Positions 33,753 to 43,700 of a stretch of 64,000 bases of DNA are shown here, in pieces. The stretch's first letter is position 1. Each line of letters starts with the position of its first letter. The translations under genes and the position numbers were made by a program. Where the stretch lies: contig OY970359.1 in assembly GCA_963718665.1 (NCBI GenBank), forward strand, positions 1,760,001-1,824,000, read 5' to 3'. The notes beneath the pieces are model-generated. The model was not told the DNA's origin. It did not search any database and saw nothing but the letters and a program-made list of their open reading frames with translations. Source of the DNA: an uncultured Phycisphaerales bacterium (GTDB lineage: Bacteria > Planctomycetota > Phycisphaerae > Sedimentisphaerales > Anaerobacaceae).

Positions 33753-35606
33753 TCATTGCCCCGCGGCTTGCGGGATTTGTTTTGTCGTTTCAGCAAGGTG
33801 CTTCAGCAGGTAATCTTTTTCCGGGCCGCCAAGATGTTCCCAAGGCAGGATTTCTTCGGTTGAGAATTGTTTTTGTGCGGCGGCATCGAGATTCATACCG
33901 TATTTTTTAAACGCATCATCCCAGATTGCCGGGTTGAATGTCTCGCTCCACAAATCGAATTTTGCGCCGTTGCGCCAGGCGTATTCAATCACATCTGCTA
34001 ATCGCCTGTCGCCTCGCCCGGTGGCTGATTCGAGAATCGACTGGTCTATCTCGTGGAATTTGAACTGGAGATATTTGGCGTTGATTTTTCTTTTCTCGGA
34101 GATGATTGTGTTTTTGGCGTTTTCGAAATACTCACGCGGCTGCTGCGCGAGCCAGCCGAAGGGCGTGTGCGGCTTGGGGACAAGCCAGCTCACCGCGACG
34201 TTGACCGAGGCGGTTTTGCCGTCGAAATTCCTGCGCAGTTTTGCCAGTTTGTCCGCGAGATGAACGATTTGCCTGATGTCGTCCTCGGTCTCGCCGGGCA
34301 GGCCTGTCATAAAGTACAATTTGATTTTCTGCCAGCCCGCCTGATAAGCGGCTGAGACGGCAGCGAAAAGGTCCTCGTCTTTCAACGGCTTATTGATGAT
34401 TTGCCTCAGCCGTTCGGATGCCGCCTCGACCGCGATGGTCAGGCCCGATTTTCGCACCTCGTTTGCAAGCGTTGGAAGGAGTTTCAACTGCTGGTCAACC
34501 CGCAAACTTGGCAGCGACAGCCCCACGTATTTATCCGTAAAATAACTGTGCAGCAGGTCAATCAGCTTTTCGATATCGGGATAATCGGCGGTAGATAAGC
34601 TCAATAAGCTGATTGTATCGAAGCCCGTCGCCTCGTAAGCAGCTTTGGCTATCTCGAAGATTTTGTCGATGCTGCGATAACGTATAGGCCTTCTGCAGAA
34701 GCTCGCCTGGCAAAACCTGCACCGGCCGGGGCAGCCCCGCATAATCTCAATACTGACCCGCTCATGAATCGCCTCGGCGAACGGCACAATTGGTTTTTTA
34801 GGCAGCGGCGCGTTATCGAGGTCGTCAACAATTGCGTTTTTGAATCGCGTGGGCAGGTTTTCTTTGACAGCGGCAAGCGATTTAATTTTTTCGCCATCGT
34901 ACTCGAATTTATAAAGCGACGGAACATATGCCCAGTCGAATTTTTCCGCCGCGGCAAGCAATATATCTTTTTTCGATGCGCCGGCTTTTTTGAGGTCGAT
35001 AATCAATCGGGCCAAATCAGGGACCGCATTTTCCGCCTCGCCGATAACAAACAGGTCAATGAATGGCGCAATCGGCTCGCAGCAGTTGGCCATACCGCCG
35101 CCCGCGATAATAATCGGGTCGGCTTCGCTTCGGTTTTCACTGCGAATGTTCAAGCCCGCCAAATCCAGCATATTCAGCACGTTGGTATAGCACAATTCGT
35201 TGGTCAAACTGAAGCCGATGACGTCGAAATCCTTGATGGCGGCCCTCGATTCGAGCGAGAAAAGCGGGATACCCTTTTCTCGCAGGATTTGCTCGGCGTC
35301 TAACCACGGCGCAAAAACCCGCTCTGCGGCGACGGCCTGCGGTGAGCCTGTCGAATCCGCGGGCATACGGTTGAGGACCTCGTAAACTACCGCCATTCCC
35401 GTATAGCTCATCCCGACCTCGTAAGTATCGGGAAAACATAACGCGATGGCTAAGCCACAATCGGCGAGGTCTTTTTTTATCTGATTGATTTCGCCGCCTA
35501 TGTATCTGCTGGGCCTGCGGACAAAGGGCAGGAATTCGCGGTCGATTCTTTCAGTCAGTATGGTTCGACTATGCTCACCACTGGTTGTCGGTTCTTTTCT
35601 TTTCAC
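33753..35606 (-). CDS. TIGR03960-type B12-binding-domain radical SAM protein
   Basis: PSRYIGGE, FPDTYEVGMS, RGCPGRCRFC (CxxxCxxC) and PKPHTPF. Confidence 0.88.
   Translation of the reverse strand: MKRKEPTTSGEHSRTILTERIDREFLPFVRRPSRYIGGEINQIKKDLADCGLAIALCFPDTYEVGMSYTGMAVVYEVLNRMPADSTGSPQAVAAERVFAPWLDAEQILREKGIPLFSLESRAAIKDFDVIGFSLTNELCYTNVLNMLDLAGLNIRSENRSEADPIIIAGGGMANCCEPIAPFIDLFVIGEAENAVPDLARLIIDLKKAGASKKDILLAAAEKFDWAYVPSLYKFEYDGEKIKSLAAVKENLPTRFKNAIVDDLDNAPLPKKPIVPFAEAIHERVSIEIMRGCPGRCRFCQASFCRRPIRYRSIDKIFEIAKAAYEATGFDTISLLSLSTADYPDIEKLIDLLHSYFTDKYVGLSLPSLRVDQQLKLLPTLANEVRKSGLTIAVEAASERLRQIINKPLKDEDLFAAVSAAYQAGWQKIKLYFMTGLPGETEDDIRQIVHLADKLAKLRRNFDGKTASVNVAVSWLVPKPHTPFGWLAQQPREYFENAKNTIISEKRKINAKYLQFKFHEIDQSILESATGRGDRRLADVIEYAWRNGAKFDLWSETFNPAIWDDAFKKYGMNLDAAAQKQFSTEEILPWEHLGGPEKDYLLKHLAETTKQIPQAAGQ
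35335..35360. repeat. REP-like element inside the radical SAM CDS
   Basis: GCCTGCGGTGAGCCTGTCGAATCCGC, related to the intergenic copy at 36286. Confidence 0.65.
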
Positions 35607-36285
35607 CCGCGTATTATAACGGATGATTAGCGGATAGCGTAGAGCGTTTAGCGGATAGTTCAACCTCAAATCAAAAATCAAAATGCAAAAGGCAAAAATG
35701 CGGTATCCCTAAGGGATGGATTTTAGTTTGAAGCCGAGCAAAGACATAGATTTCGCTGAAGGTGGGTAAAAGTTCAAAATTAGTATAAGGGGAAGCTTAT
35801 CATTCAACCAAAAACGCAAAAAAGTTTGGGAAGAAATGAGCGGATAAACGTTACAGTTAGCCCAGATTAACGAAGATGGGCAAGATGGGAAACGTAGGGT
35901 AGGAAAAATATTTTTTCATTTCAAAAAACGTTCAAAAAGTGACCCAAAAATGCGCGAAATTGACAAAAGTGAGCACGATTTGACAAAAAAAATACAAAAA
36001 GTGACAGATTTTGTGCAATTTTGTACACGTTTTTTCAGTTCGATATATTAGCGGAATTAATTGTTAAAATAGAGAGGTTAGTCGTTAGTGGTTAGTCGAT
36101 AGTCCGCCGGAGGCGGCAAAGATTGCCCAGATTAACCCCATGAGATAGCGAAACGGCATCTCACGGGGTGAACACGGATTTTTAAGGGAAAAAGCTTGTT
36201 TTCGATTTTAGTTTGGGGATATACTGTTACTTTAAGGCCGGAAGAAAAGATTATTGAAGAAAACGCACCTTTGGCCGTCAGCTTT

Positions 36286-36309
36286 GCCTGCCCTGAGCTT
36301 GTCGAAGGG
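36286..36309. repeat. REP-like element
   Basis: GCCTGCCCTGAGCTTGTCGAAGGG. Confidence 0.65.
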
Positions 36310-36392
36310 CTATTTGGAATATGCCTTTGTAGACTGAGGAAATAAATAGGGTATCGTTGTAATTCTAAAGGTTTGTTTTTAAGGTAAGATGA

Positions 36393-36908
36393 ATGGGAGA
36401 AAGAATAATATATGAATATAGATCACCATCGCTAATCCCCACGGATCATTTGCATGATATCGTTCAACTAATTTCAGATGGCGGAGAAGTAGACAACAAA
36501 ACACTTTGGGATAAAATTAATAATGCTATTATTATAGGATACGCTATCGCAAATGATTTAGTTGTGGGGACTGGTGCATTGAAGAAGCCGCATGACTCCA
36601 GTAACGATAATGCTTTTGTAAAAGCAGGTGCAGACGTCAAGTATGAAGACTATCCTTATGAATTGGGATACGTATTTGTGAAAGAGAATCATCGAGGAGC
36701 ATTTGTTGCAAGCCGAATTTGTAATACACTATGCAAGATGTACTCACGCGCGAATATCTATTCGACATTGAGATCAGACAACAGAATCGCACGCTTATTA
36801 ATGGAAAGGTCAGGATTTACCCAATCTGGAACAAGCTTCATGAGTAGAAACGGCAAGGATATGCTTATGTTATATATTAGAAATGCACAAAATGGATTAT
36901 CAAGATGA
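36393..36908 (+). CDS. GNAT-family acetyltransferase
   Basis: VVGTGAL, ELGYVFV..HRG..VA (motif A) and N..A..L.ERSGF (motif B). Confidence 0.8.
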   Translation: MGERIIYEYRSPSLIPTDHLHDIVQLISDGGEVDNKTLWDKINNAIIIGYAIANDLVVGTGALKKPHDSSNDNAFVKAGADVKYEDYPYELGYVFVKENHRGAFVASRICNTLCKMYSRANIYSTLRSDNRIARLLMERSGFTQSGTSFMSRNGKDMLMLYIRNAQNGLSR

Positions 36909-38485
36909 TAGCAGTTAGTACACCGGACAAAAGACAAAACCGAGAGTTGCTCTTACTTGCCAATGCTGCAAGAATGGCAGCCCAGAAGAGAATGGGATAT
37001 TCGCACTACGCATACTTTCTTGCGTGCATATGTTCGGTTTTATCGCTCTTCATGGGAAGCGTTGTAAGCATAGTGCTCGCAGTTATAGGTACTATATTAG
37101 CAGGGAGCGGTTTGCTGATCAGGTCCCGATGTATGAGGATTCATTATCTATCGCGAGAGGCTCAAAGGCTGGCTCTTCTGGAGGATTCGCTCGGAAGAAT
37201 TGCAGAAGACTACCACATTGTTGAGCTTCGTCGGAAAATGGGCGTGGAGATAGAAAAGAAAGCAAAAACTTACTTACTTGAAAAAAGCTATTACCGTAGC
37301 AAGAAACCTAGAGGTCAATCGAGATTGAAAGAGAACATGCAACAAAGCTCGTTTTGGAGCAAAGCATTACTTGATAAATACTCTTTCTATCTCTATCTGA
37401 TCGTTTTGATTTATGTAGTTGCAATGATAGCTACTCTGGTTATTTATGTAGTCATACACAGTAAAGAGCCTGAATATACGGGAAACATTGCAGTACTTAT
37501 AGTCTCCACATTGGTCCTATTGGGGATTGTGCTGGAAGAATGGAGAGCGGCGAGGAGCGTGAAGCTTGCGGTGGAAATGCTTGAAGGCGTCGATAATCAG
37601 TTGGATACAGTTTATGAGGATGATAGCATAGTCATAATATCCAAATTTGCAGACTATGGAATATCCGTAACTGAGGCTCCCCCTATTCCCTATATCATCT
37701 ATGCCTTCAACAAGGATCATCTAAGAGGGCTATGGGACAAAAGATTGCATGTTAGACTTTTGAGTGTAGAAGAACTGTCCGGAAGCATGGATTTGCCTAC
37801 AATAGACATGGAGGACTGCATGCCTCCAACTTGGATCGATGATGGCGAGTTCAAATTATTGCTTTTAAATACCTGCCTATTCGTACGGAATAGATTTAAG
37901 GGCGTAATGATAACAAGAGTAACCGTAAATGGCTTACCGGGATATAGTGGTGTCGGAGTATACTCTTTGAAGTATTTCGCGGACAACTCAACAGTAATAC
38001 AGTACGTTCTTAGGTTACATGAAGAAGAGGAGCAGGCTCGACGGGAGTACAATACCATCGAAAAAATATCGAGTACGGGATTTGACGTATTCGCATATGT
38101 CCCTGTCGGTGAGCCTTATATAGCACATGGTGCGTTGTTGTATACGCATGCCAACCACCAAACATATGATGTGCTTAAACACTTGCATGTATTTCTGGGT
38201 GATCTCATTAACGACAGCGACCTGCTTGTAGAGGTGAGACTTAGGAAATTATCTCATGGTATTCGAACGCTGATAAAGGCATTGAGTTCTATTGAAAAAC
38301 CTGAATATATTACGACATTGGACTACTATAAAAACAATACACTCAATTTCCCCCCTCGAAATATTCTAGACTTACGAAATACGACTCACAAAATTGCCGA
38401 TGGGATCATTCACATCGACTGCAAGTCAGAACGAGGAGGCATTTCAGTCAATGATGGACCATTGCAATATAGTAAATGGCTTTGA
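36905..38485 (+). CDS. S-4TM-like membrane effector domain plus soluble extension (probable N-terminal part of a kinase fusion)
   Basis: Two pairs of TM helices; YY..RLKENMQQSSFWS..L..Y and PPIPY..Y..KDHL..LW motifs; ATGA overlap with the GNAT gene. Confidence 0.6.
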   Translation: MIAVSTPDKRQNRELLLLANAARMAAQKRMGYSHYAYFLACICSVLSLFMGSVVSIVLAVIGTILAGSGLLIRSRCMRIHYLSREAQRLALLEDSLGRIAEDYHIVELRRKMGVEIEKKAKTYLLEKSYYRSKKPRGQSRLKENMQQSSFWSKALLDKYSFYLYLIVLIYVVAMIATLVIYVVIHSKEPEYTGNIAVLIVSTLVLLGIVLEEWRAARSVKLAVEMLEGVDNQLDTVYEDDSIVIISKFADYGISVTEAPPIPYIIYAFNKDHLRGLWDKRLHVRLLSVEELSGSMDLPTIDMEDCMPPTWIDDGEFKLLLLNTCLFVRNRFKGVMITRVTVNGLPGYSGVGVYSLKYFADNSTVIQYVLRLHEEEEQARREYNTIEKISSTGFDVFAYVPVGEPYIAHGALLYTHANHQTYDVLKHLHVFLGDLINDSDLLVEVRLRKLSHGIRTLIKALSSIEKPEYITTLDYYKNNTLNFPPRNILDLRNTTHKIADGIIHIDCKSERGGISVNDGPLQYSKWL

Positions 38486-39191
38486 ATATCAAGTTAATGC
38501 TTATGAAATCAACTATAACAGAAATGGTCAACTTCATAGAATCCTGTTGTCAAAGCGAGAAGATTATAGAACGCTGTTAACACGAGGTAGCATTAATGTT
38601 TTGTACAGGGGCACGAGCCCTTACATTGACTTCGCTATCTATTGTCGCGATTCATTGAGAATAGAAGTTACGTGCTCTGAACCTAAGACATTGGTTGAAT
38701 CGTTCTGTGAAAATCATAGCAAGGAGCCACTCTGTACATGGTATTGCCATAACGATTTACACTGCAAAAACATATTGGTATCAGATAGCAACGTAAAGTT
38801 TGTTGATATTGGCGATGCTGGTCCAAACATTGCATGTAGAGATTCCTCAAGACTGGAACTTTCAATAATGTCTATGCTTTGCCTACAGGGTAGCGTGACA
38901 ACAAATGATTGCCTGACTGCATTGAAATACATGGATGGTGAAATAGATCAAGGCAACATCTCCATGCAAGCAGGAAAACTCGGAAAAATTTTGAAGATAG
39001 TGAAGGAAACCATGTTTGATGAGTTCGTTTATAGACCCTCAATTATTGACCAGAGACTTGCCAGCTTTGTTGAGGTATACGAACAGTTGAACTATTCTAT
39101 GTCATCAGCCATGCGTTTACCAGAGGGATTTGGGCCTATTGTTGATTATTACTACACAAAGTTCGATGATTTAACCAAAGCAACCACTTGA
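38394..39191 (+). CDS. Kinase-fold (APH/choline kinase-like) phosphotransferase C-terminal part; +1 frame relative to the upstream ORF
   Basis: HNDLHCKNILV catalytic loop, FVDIGD metal-binding motif and D..RLE. Confidence 0.7.
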   Translation: MPMGSFTSTASQNEEAFQSMMDHCNIVNGFEYQVNAYEINYNRNGQLHRILLSKREDYRTLLTRGSINVLYRGTSPYIDFAIYCRDSLRIEVTCSEPKTLVESFCENHSKEPLCTWYCHNDLHCKNILVSDSNVKFVDIGDAGPNIACRDSSRLELSIMSMLCLQGSVTTNDCLTALKYMDGEIDQGNISMQAGKLGKILKIVKETMFDEFVYRPSIIDQRLASFVEVYEQLNYSMSSAMRLPEGFGPIVDYYYTKFDDLTKATT

Positions 39192-39210
39192 ATTATGAAA
39201 GGAATAAACA

Positions 39211-39843
39211 TTGAGCGTAAAAAAGATAGATGACGTTCGCAGGTTTGTAGAATACATATTTGCAGAATCGACACAACGATCATATTACGAGCACACTTTG
39301 AGAGTCTACCGTTTTGCATATTATATTGGAGAAGAGGAAAACGCAGATATGGAGATATTGTTGCCTGCGGTCTTAATGCATGACATAGGCATGACGATAG
39401 ACACAGGATTTCCCCGGCATGTAGATAAATCTGCATACCTTGCAAAGATGTACTTGAAAAGCAATGGTTATCCGAGCGACAAAACAGACAGAATATTGCA
39501 GGTTATAACATCTCATCACATTCCTCCTTATGAAACCAGAAAGAACAAAGAAGAAGAGGTTATTTTTGACGCTGACACACTAGAAATTGTTGGTGGCTAT
39601 GGCATATTGCGATGGCTAGGAAAGTCTATTTTGTCAGAACAGACCATCGTAGATTCGATCAACCTATTCAGTAATATTGTGAAGTCCGCAAAGGACAAAA
39701 GAGGATCCCTATTTTTCACCGAAACCGCTAAGAAACTTGGCGACAAGTCTGTAGAAGAGTCACTTGAATACTACCGCCGCATCATTGAGTACTTTGGAAC
39801 CTGTAAGTCATATACAGGCATTATATCACCCGTTGAAATATGA
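39211..39843 (+). CDS. HD-domain phosphohydrolase
   Basis: H..RV, LMHDIG, H, SHH and FDADTL; TTG start with AAGGA RBS. Confidence 0.88.
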   Translation: MSVKKIDDVRRFVEYIFAESTQRSYYEHTLRVYRFAYYIGEEENADMEILLPAVLMHDIGMTIDTGFPRHVDKSAYLAKMYLKSNGYPSDKTDRILQVITSHHIPPYETRKNKEEEVIFDADTLEIVGGYGILRWLGKSILSEQTIVDSINLFSNIVKSAKDKRGSLFFTETAKKLGDKSVEESLEYYRRIIEYFGTCKSYTGIISPVEI

Positions 39844-39855
39844 GTCTGTGTTGAT

Positions 39856-40380
39856 ATGAAAAAGCAAATCATAGGACTATCTGGATATCGTTGTTCCGGC
39901 AAATCGGTGCTGCGACAATTGTTAGTTAAGAATGGATACGATGTATTTGACACAAATTCAGTCCCAACGGGTGACAATGATGCAAACCAAGTATCTTTCG
40001 ATGTTATTGAACGCTATGGAAAAGGTTCCTCCCTCATGTATTTCCTTGAGGATTCTCTAAGAAAATACGTGGAGTCCAGCGGGCGTTTTGTATTCATCGA
40101 TAGCTTCAAGACTTACAAGGATTATGAGGTCGTATCAGAGATGTTTCCAGAAAGCAATGTCGCTATATGGTATGTACACGCTTCATACAAGTTACGAGTT
40201 TCAAGATACAAAGTGAGAGACCTTGACGCAGGTGTACGGTCACAGAAGTTATCAGAGCATGATGATTCGCTTGATAAATTTGGAATGCCAGCATTAATCA
40301 AGCATGCGTCTTATGTTGTGAATATGGACGATGACAAAGACAAGATATTACAGAATGTTTTAAGGCAAATCATGAAATGA
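39856..40380 (+). CDS. P-loop nucleoside/nucleotide kinase-like protein
   Basis: IIGLSGYRCSGKS Walker A, FIDS, A....R..R lid motif. Confidence 0.75.
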   Translation: MKKQIIGLSGYRCSGKSVLRQLLVKNGYDVFDTNSVPTGDNDANQVSFDVIERYGKGSSLMYFLEDSLRKYVESSGRFVFIDSFKTYKDYEVVSEMFPESNVAIWYVHASYKLRVSRYKVRDLDAGVRSQKLSEHDDSLDKFGMPALIKHASYVVNMDDDKDKILQNVLRQIMK

Positions 40381-40744
40381 TAATGTCAAAAATATTTCGC
40401 AAATTCTGTGATATACCCTTCATCTGGTCGTAGCCATTAAAATACCAACACCATGGGGATAGTAAGAATTTGCCGTTGAAAAAAGTTTTGGTTTGGGTAG
40501 AATTGGGGGGTAAGCAATTTTCGATTTTCGATTGCCGATTTTGGGATGCGGAGGGGCATTTCCAGAACGATACAAGTGCGTATTGACTCGCGGCATCAAT
40601 TGTTGTATAAATATCCGTTTTACCGCAGAGACCGCGAGGCACGCAGAGATAAATTTTTGGTTTTTCTGTGTTATTGGCCTTCTCAGCGGCAAAAAAGGGG
40701 TTTTTCTCGCAATAATGATAATCTTTTTGAGAGGTTAGGCAATT

Positions 40745-43700
40745 ATGGCAACGGCAAGACGCATGGTAACGATAGACGGGAATACGGCGGCGGCGCATGT
40801 GGCGCACGCGACGAATGAAGTAATAGCGATATATCCGATAACGCCGAGTTCGCCGATGGGCGAGATTTCGGATGATAAAACAGCCCGGAGCGAACGCAAT
40901 ATATGGGGCACGATTCCGTCGGTAACGGAAATGCAGTCGGAAGGCGGAGCGGCAGGGGCGGTTCACGGCGCTCTGACGGCAGGGGCGCTGACGACGACCT
41001 TTACGGCGTCGCAGGGCCTTCTGCTGATGATACCGGATATGTATAAAATCGCGGGCGAATTGCTGCCCACAGTGTTTCATATAACGGCGAGGTCGCTGGC
41101 GGCGCATGCGTTGTCGATATTCGGCGACCAGGCGGACGTGATGGCGTGCAGGCAGACGGGATGGGGGATGCTTTGCAGCGCCTCTGTGCAGGAGGTAATG
41201 GATTTTGCGTTGATAACTCAGGCGGCGACGCTTGAAAGCCGAGTGCCGTTTTTGCATTTCTTCGACGGGTTCCGCACGAGCCATGAGATTCAGAAGGTCG
41301 AAGAGCTGAGCTATGATGATATGCGGGCGATGATTCCGGATGAGCTGGTTGCGGCGGTGAAGGCGAGGGCGTTGTCGCCTGACAGGCCGATGATTGCGGG
41401 AACGGCGCAGAACCCGGATGTGTATTTCCAGGGCAGGGAGGCGGCGAATAATTTTTATACGGCGACGCCGGCGATTGTGCAGAAGGCGATGGATAAGTTC
41501 GCCAAAATTGTCGGACGGCAGTATCATTTGTTCGATTATGTCGGGGCGGCTGATGCCGAGAAGGTCATCATAATTATGGGTTCGGGCGCGGATACGGCGC
41601 ATGAGACGGTTGAGTATCTTAATTCAAAGGGTCAGAAAATTGGCGTATTAAAAGTACGGCTTTTCAGGCCTTTCAGCGTACAGGATTTCATCAATGCATT
41701 ACCAAAGACCGTGAAGAAAATTGCGGTATTGGACAGGACAAAGGAGCCGGGCGCGCTGGGCGAGCCGTTATATATGGATATTCGCACGGCGGTCGGCGAG
41801 GCGATGGGCAGAAAGCAAAGCCCCTTCAAAGATTACCCGGTGATTGTGGGCGGCAGATACGGGCTTGGCTCGAAGGAATTTACGCCCGCGATGGTCAAGG
41901 CGGTGTTCGATAATCTCGACGCGAAAGAGCCGAAGAATGGTTTTACCGTGGGCATTATCGACGACGTTTCGAATACGAGCTTGGATTTCGATGAGTCGTT
42001 TGTGCTGCCGGCGGAGGGGATTTATACGGCGATGTTCTACGGGCTGGGTTCTGACGGCACGGTCGGCGCGAACCACAACTCGATACAGATTATCGGGCAA
42101 AAAACTGACAACAACGCGCAGGGTTATTTCGTTTACGATTCGAAGAAGGCGGGCGCGATTACGATATCGCATCTGCGGTTCGGCAAAAAGACGATTCGCA
42201 GGCCATACCTGATTACCAAGGCGGATTTCGTCGCGTGCCACAACCCAAGCTTCTTAGAAAAATACGATATGCTCTCGACCGCCAAAGACGGGGCGACGTT
42301 TTTGATGACGAGTATGTACCCGGCGGACAAGGTTTGGGACACGCTGCCTCAGGAAGTGCAAAAGCAGATAATCGACAAGAAACTGAAATTCTACGTTATC
42401 GACGCGATATCGCTCGCCAAGGAAATCGGTCTTGGCGCGAGAATCAATACGATTATGCAGGTGGCGTTCTTCAAAATCAGCAACATCATACCGATTGAGA
42501 AAGCGATTGAGGCAATCAAGGCGGCGATACAGAAGAGCTACGGCAAGAAGGGCGAAAGAATCGTCGCGATGAATAACGCAGCGGTTGACGGTGCATTGGC
42601 GAAGGTCTTTGAGGTCAAGGTGCCGGGCAAGGTTACGAGCAAAACGACCAAGCCGCCGGTTGTGTCGAAGGATGCGCCGAAGTTTGTGCAGGAAGTAACC
42701 GCGGAGATTATGGCGCTGCGAGGGGACAAGCTGCCCATCAGCAAACTGCCGAATGACGGCAAATGGCCGAGCGGGACAACGAAATTCGAGAAACGCAATA
42801 TCGCGGTCGATATACCGGCGTGGGAGCCGTCGCTTTGTATTCAGTGCGGGACATGCTCGCTGGTTTGCCCGCACGGGACGATTCGGCTGAAGGCCTACGA
42901 CAAGAAGTATCTCGACAAGGCGCCGAAAGCATTCAAGAGTGCGGAGGCGAAAGGCAAGGAATTAGCGGGCCTGTCAGCGACTGTTCAGGTGGCCGCTGAG
43001 GATTGCACGGGATGCGGGGCGTGCGTGCAGATGTGCCCGGTGCAGGAAAAGGACGCGAATAAACAGCCAACGGGACGCAAGGCGATTAATATGACTTTGC
43101 AGGAGCCGCTGCGTGTGCAGGAAAGGGAAAACTATAAATATTTCCTGTCGATACCGAATACCGATTCGAAACTGTTCAAACGCGAAAGCGTCAAGGGCAG
43201 CCAGTTAATTATGCCTTTGTTTGAATATTCGGGCGCGTGCGCGGGCTGCGGCGAGACGCCTTATGTGAAACTTTTATCGCAGTTGTTCGGCGACAGGGCG
43301 ATGATAGGCAACGCGACGGGCTGCTCGTCGATTTACGGAGGCAACCTTCCGACGACGCCATACACGACGCGTGAAGACGGTCGCGGCCCGATTTGGAGCA
43401 ACAGCTTGTTCGAGGACAACGCCGAGTTCTCACTCGGTATGCGGCTGACGGTTGAAAAATTCAAACAACAGGCGGTCGAGCTGGTCGATGCGGTCGCCAA
43501 GAAGGGCTGTATCGATGCGGTATTTGCAGGCGAAATAATCGCCGCTGTGGCTGCCAATGACCCATCGCAGGACGCGATTGAGACGCAGCGAGGCCGGGTG
43601 GCGAAACTAAAAGAGCTGTGCAAGAAAAGCAATTGTGCCGAATGCAAACGATTGTTGACGCTGGCGGATTATCTTGTTCGCAAATCGGTGTGGGCGGTCG

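Noticed and set aside
36393..40380. Canonical CBASS or Pycsar call for the island
   Set aside because: No CD-NTase GS/DxD or cyclase motifs in any ORF
35620..40740. Integrative element or prophage
   Set aside because: No integrase, transposase, tRNA or clear att direct repeats were seen
40370..41602. 410-aa minus-strand ORF
   Set aside because: Arg-rich antisense shadow of nifJ with no motifs
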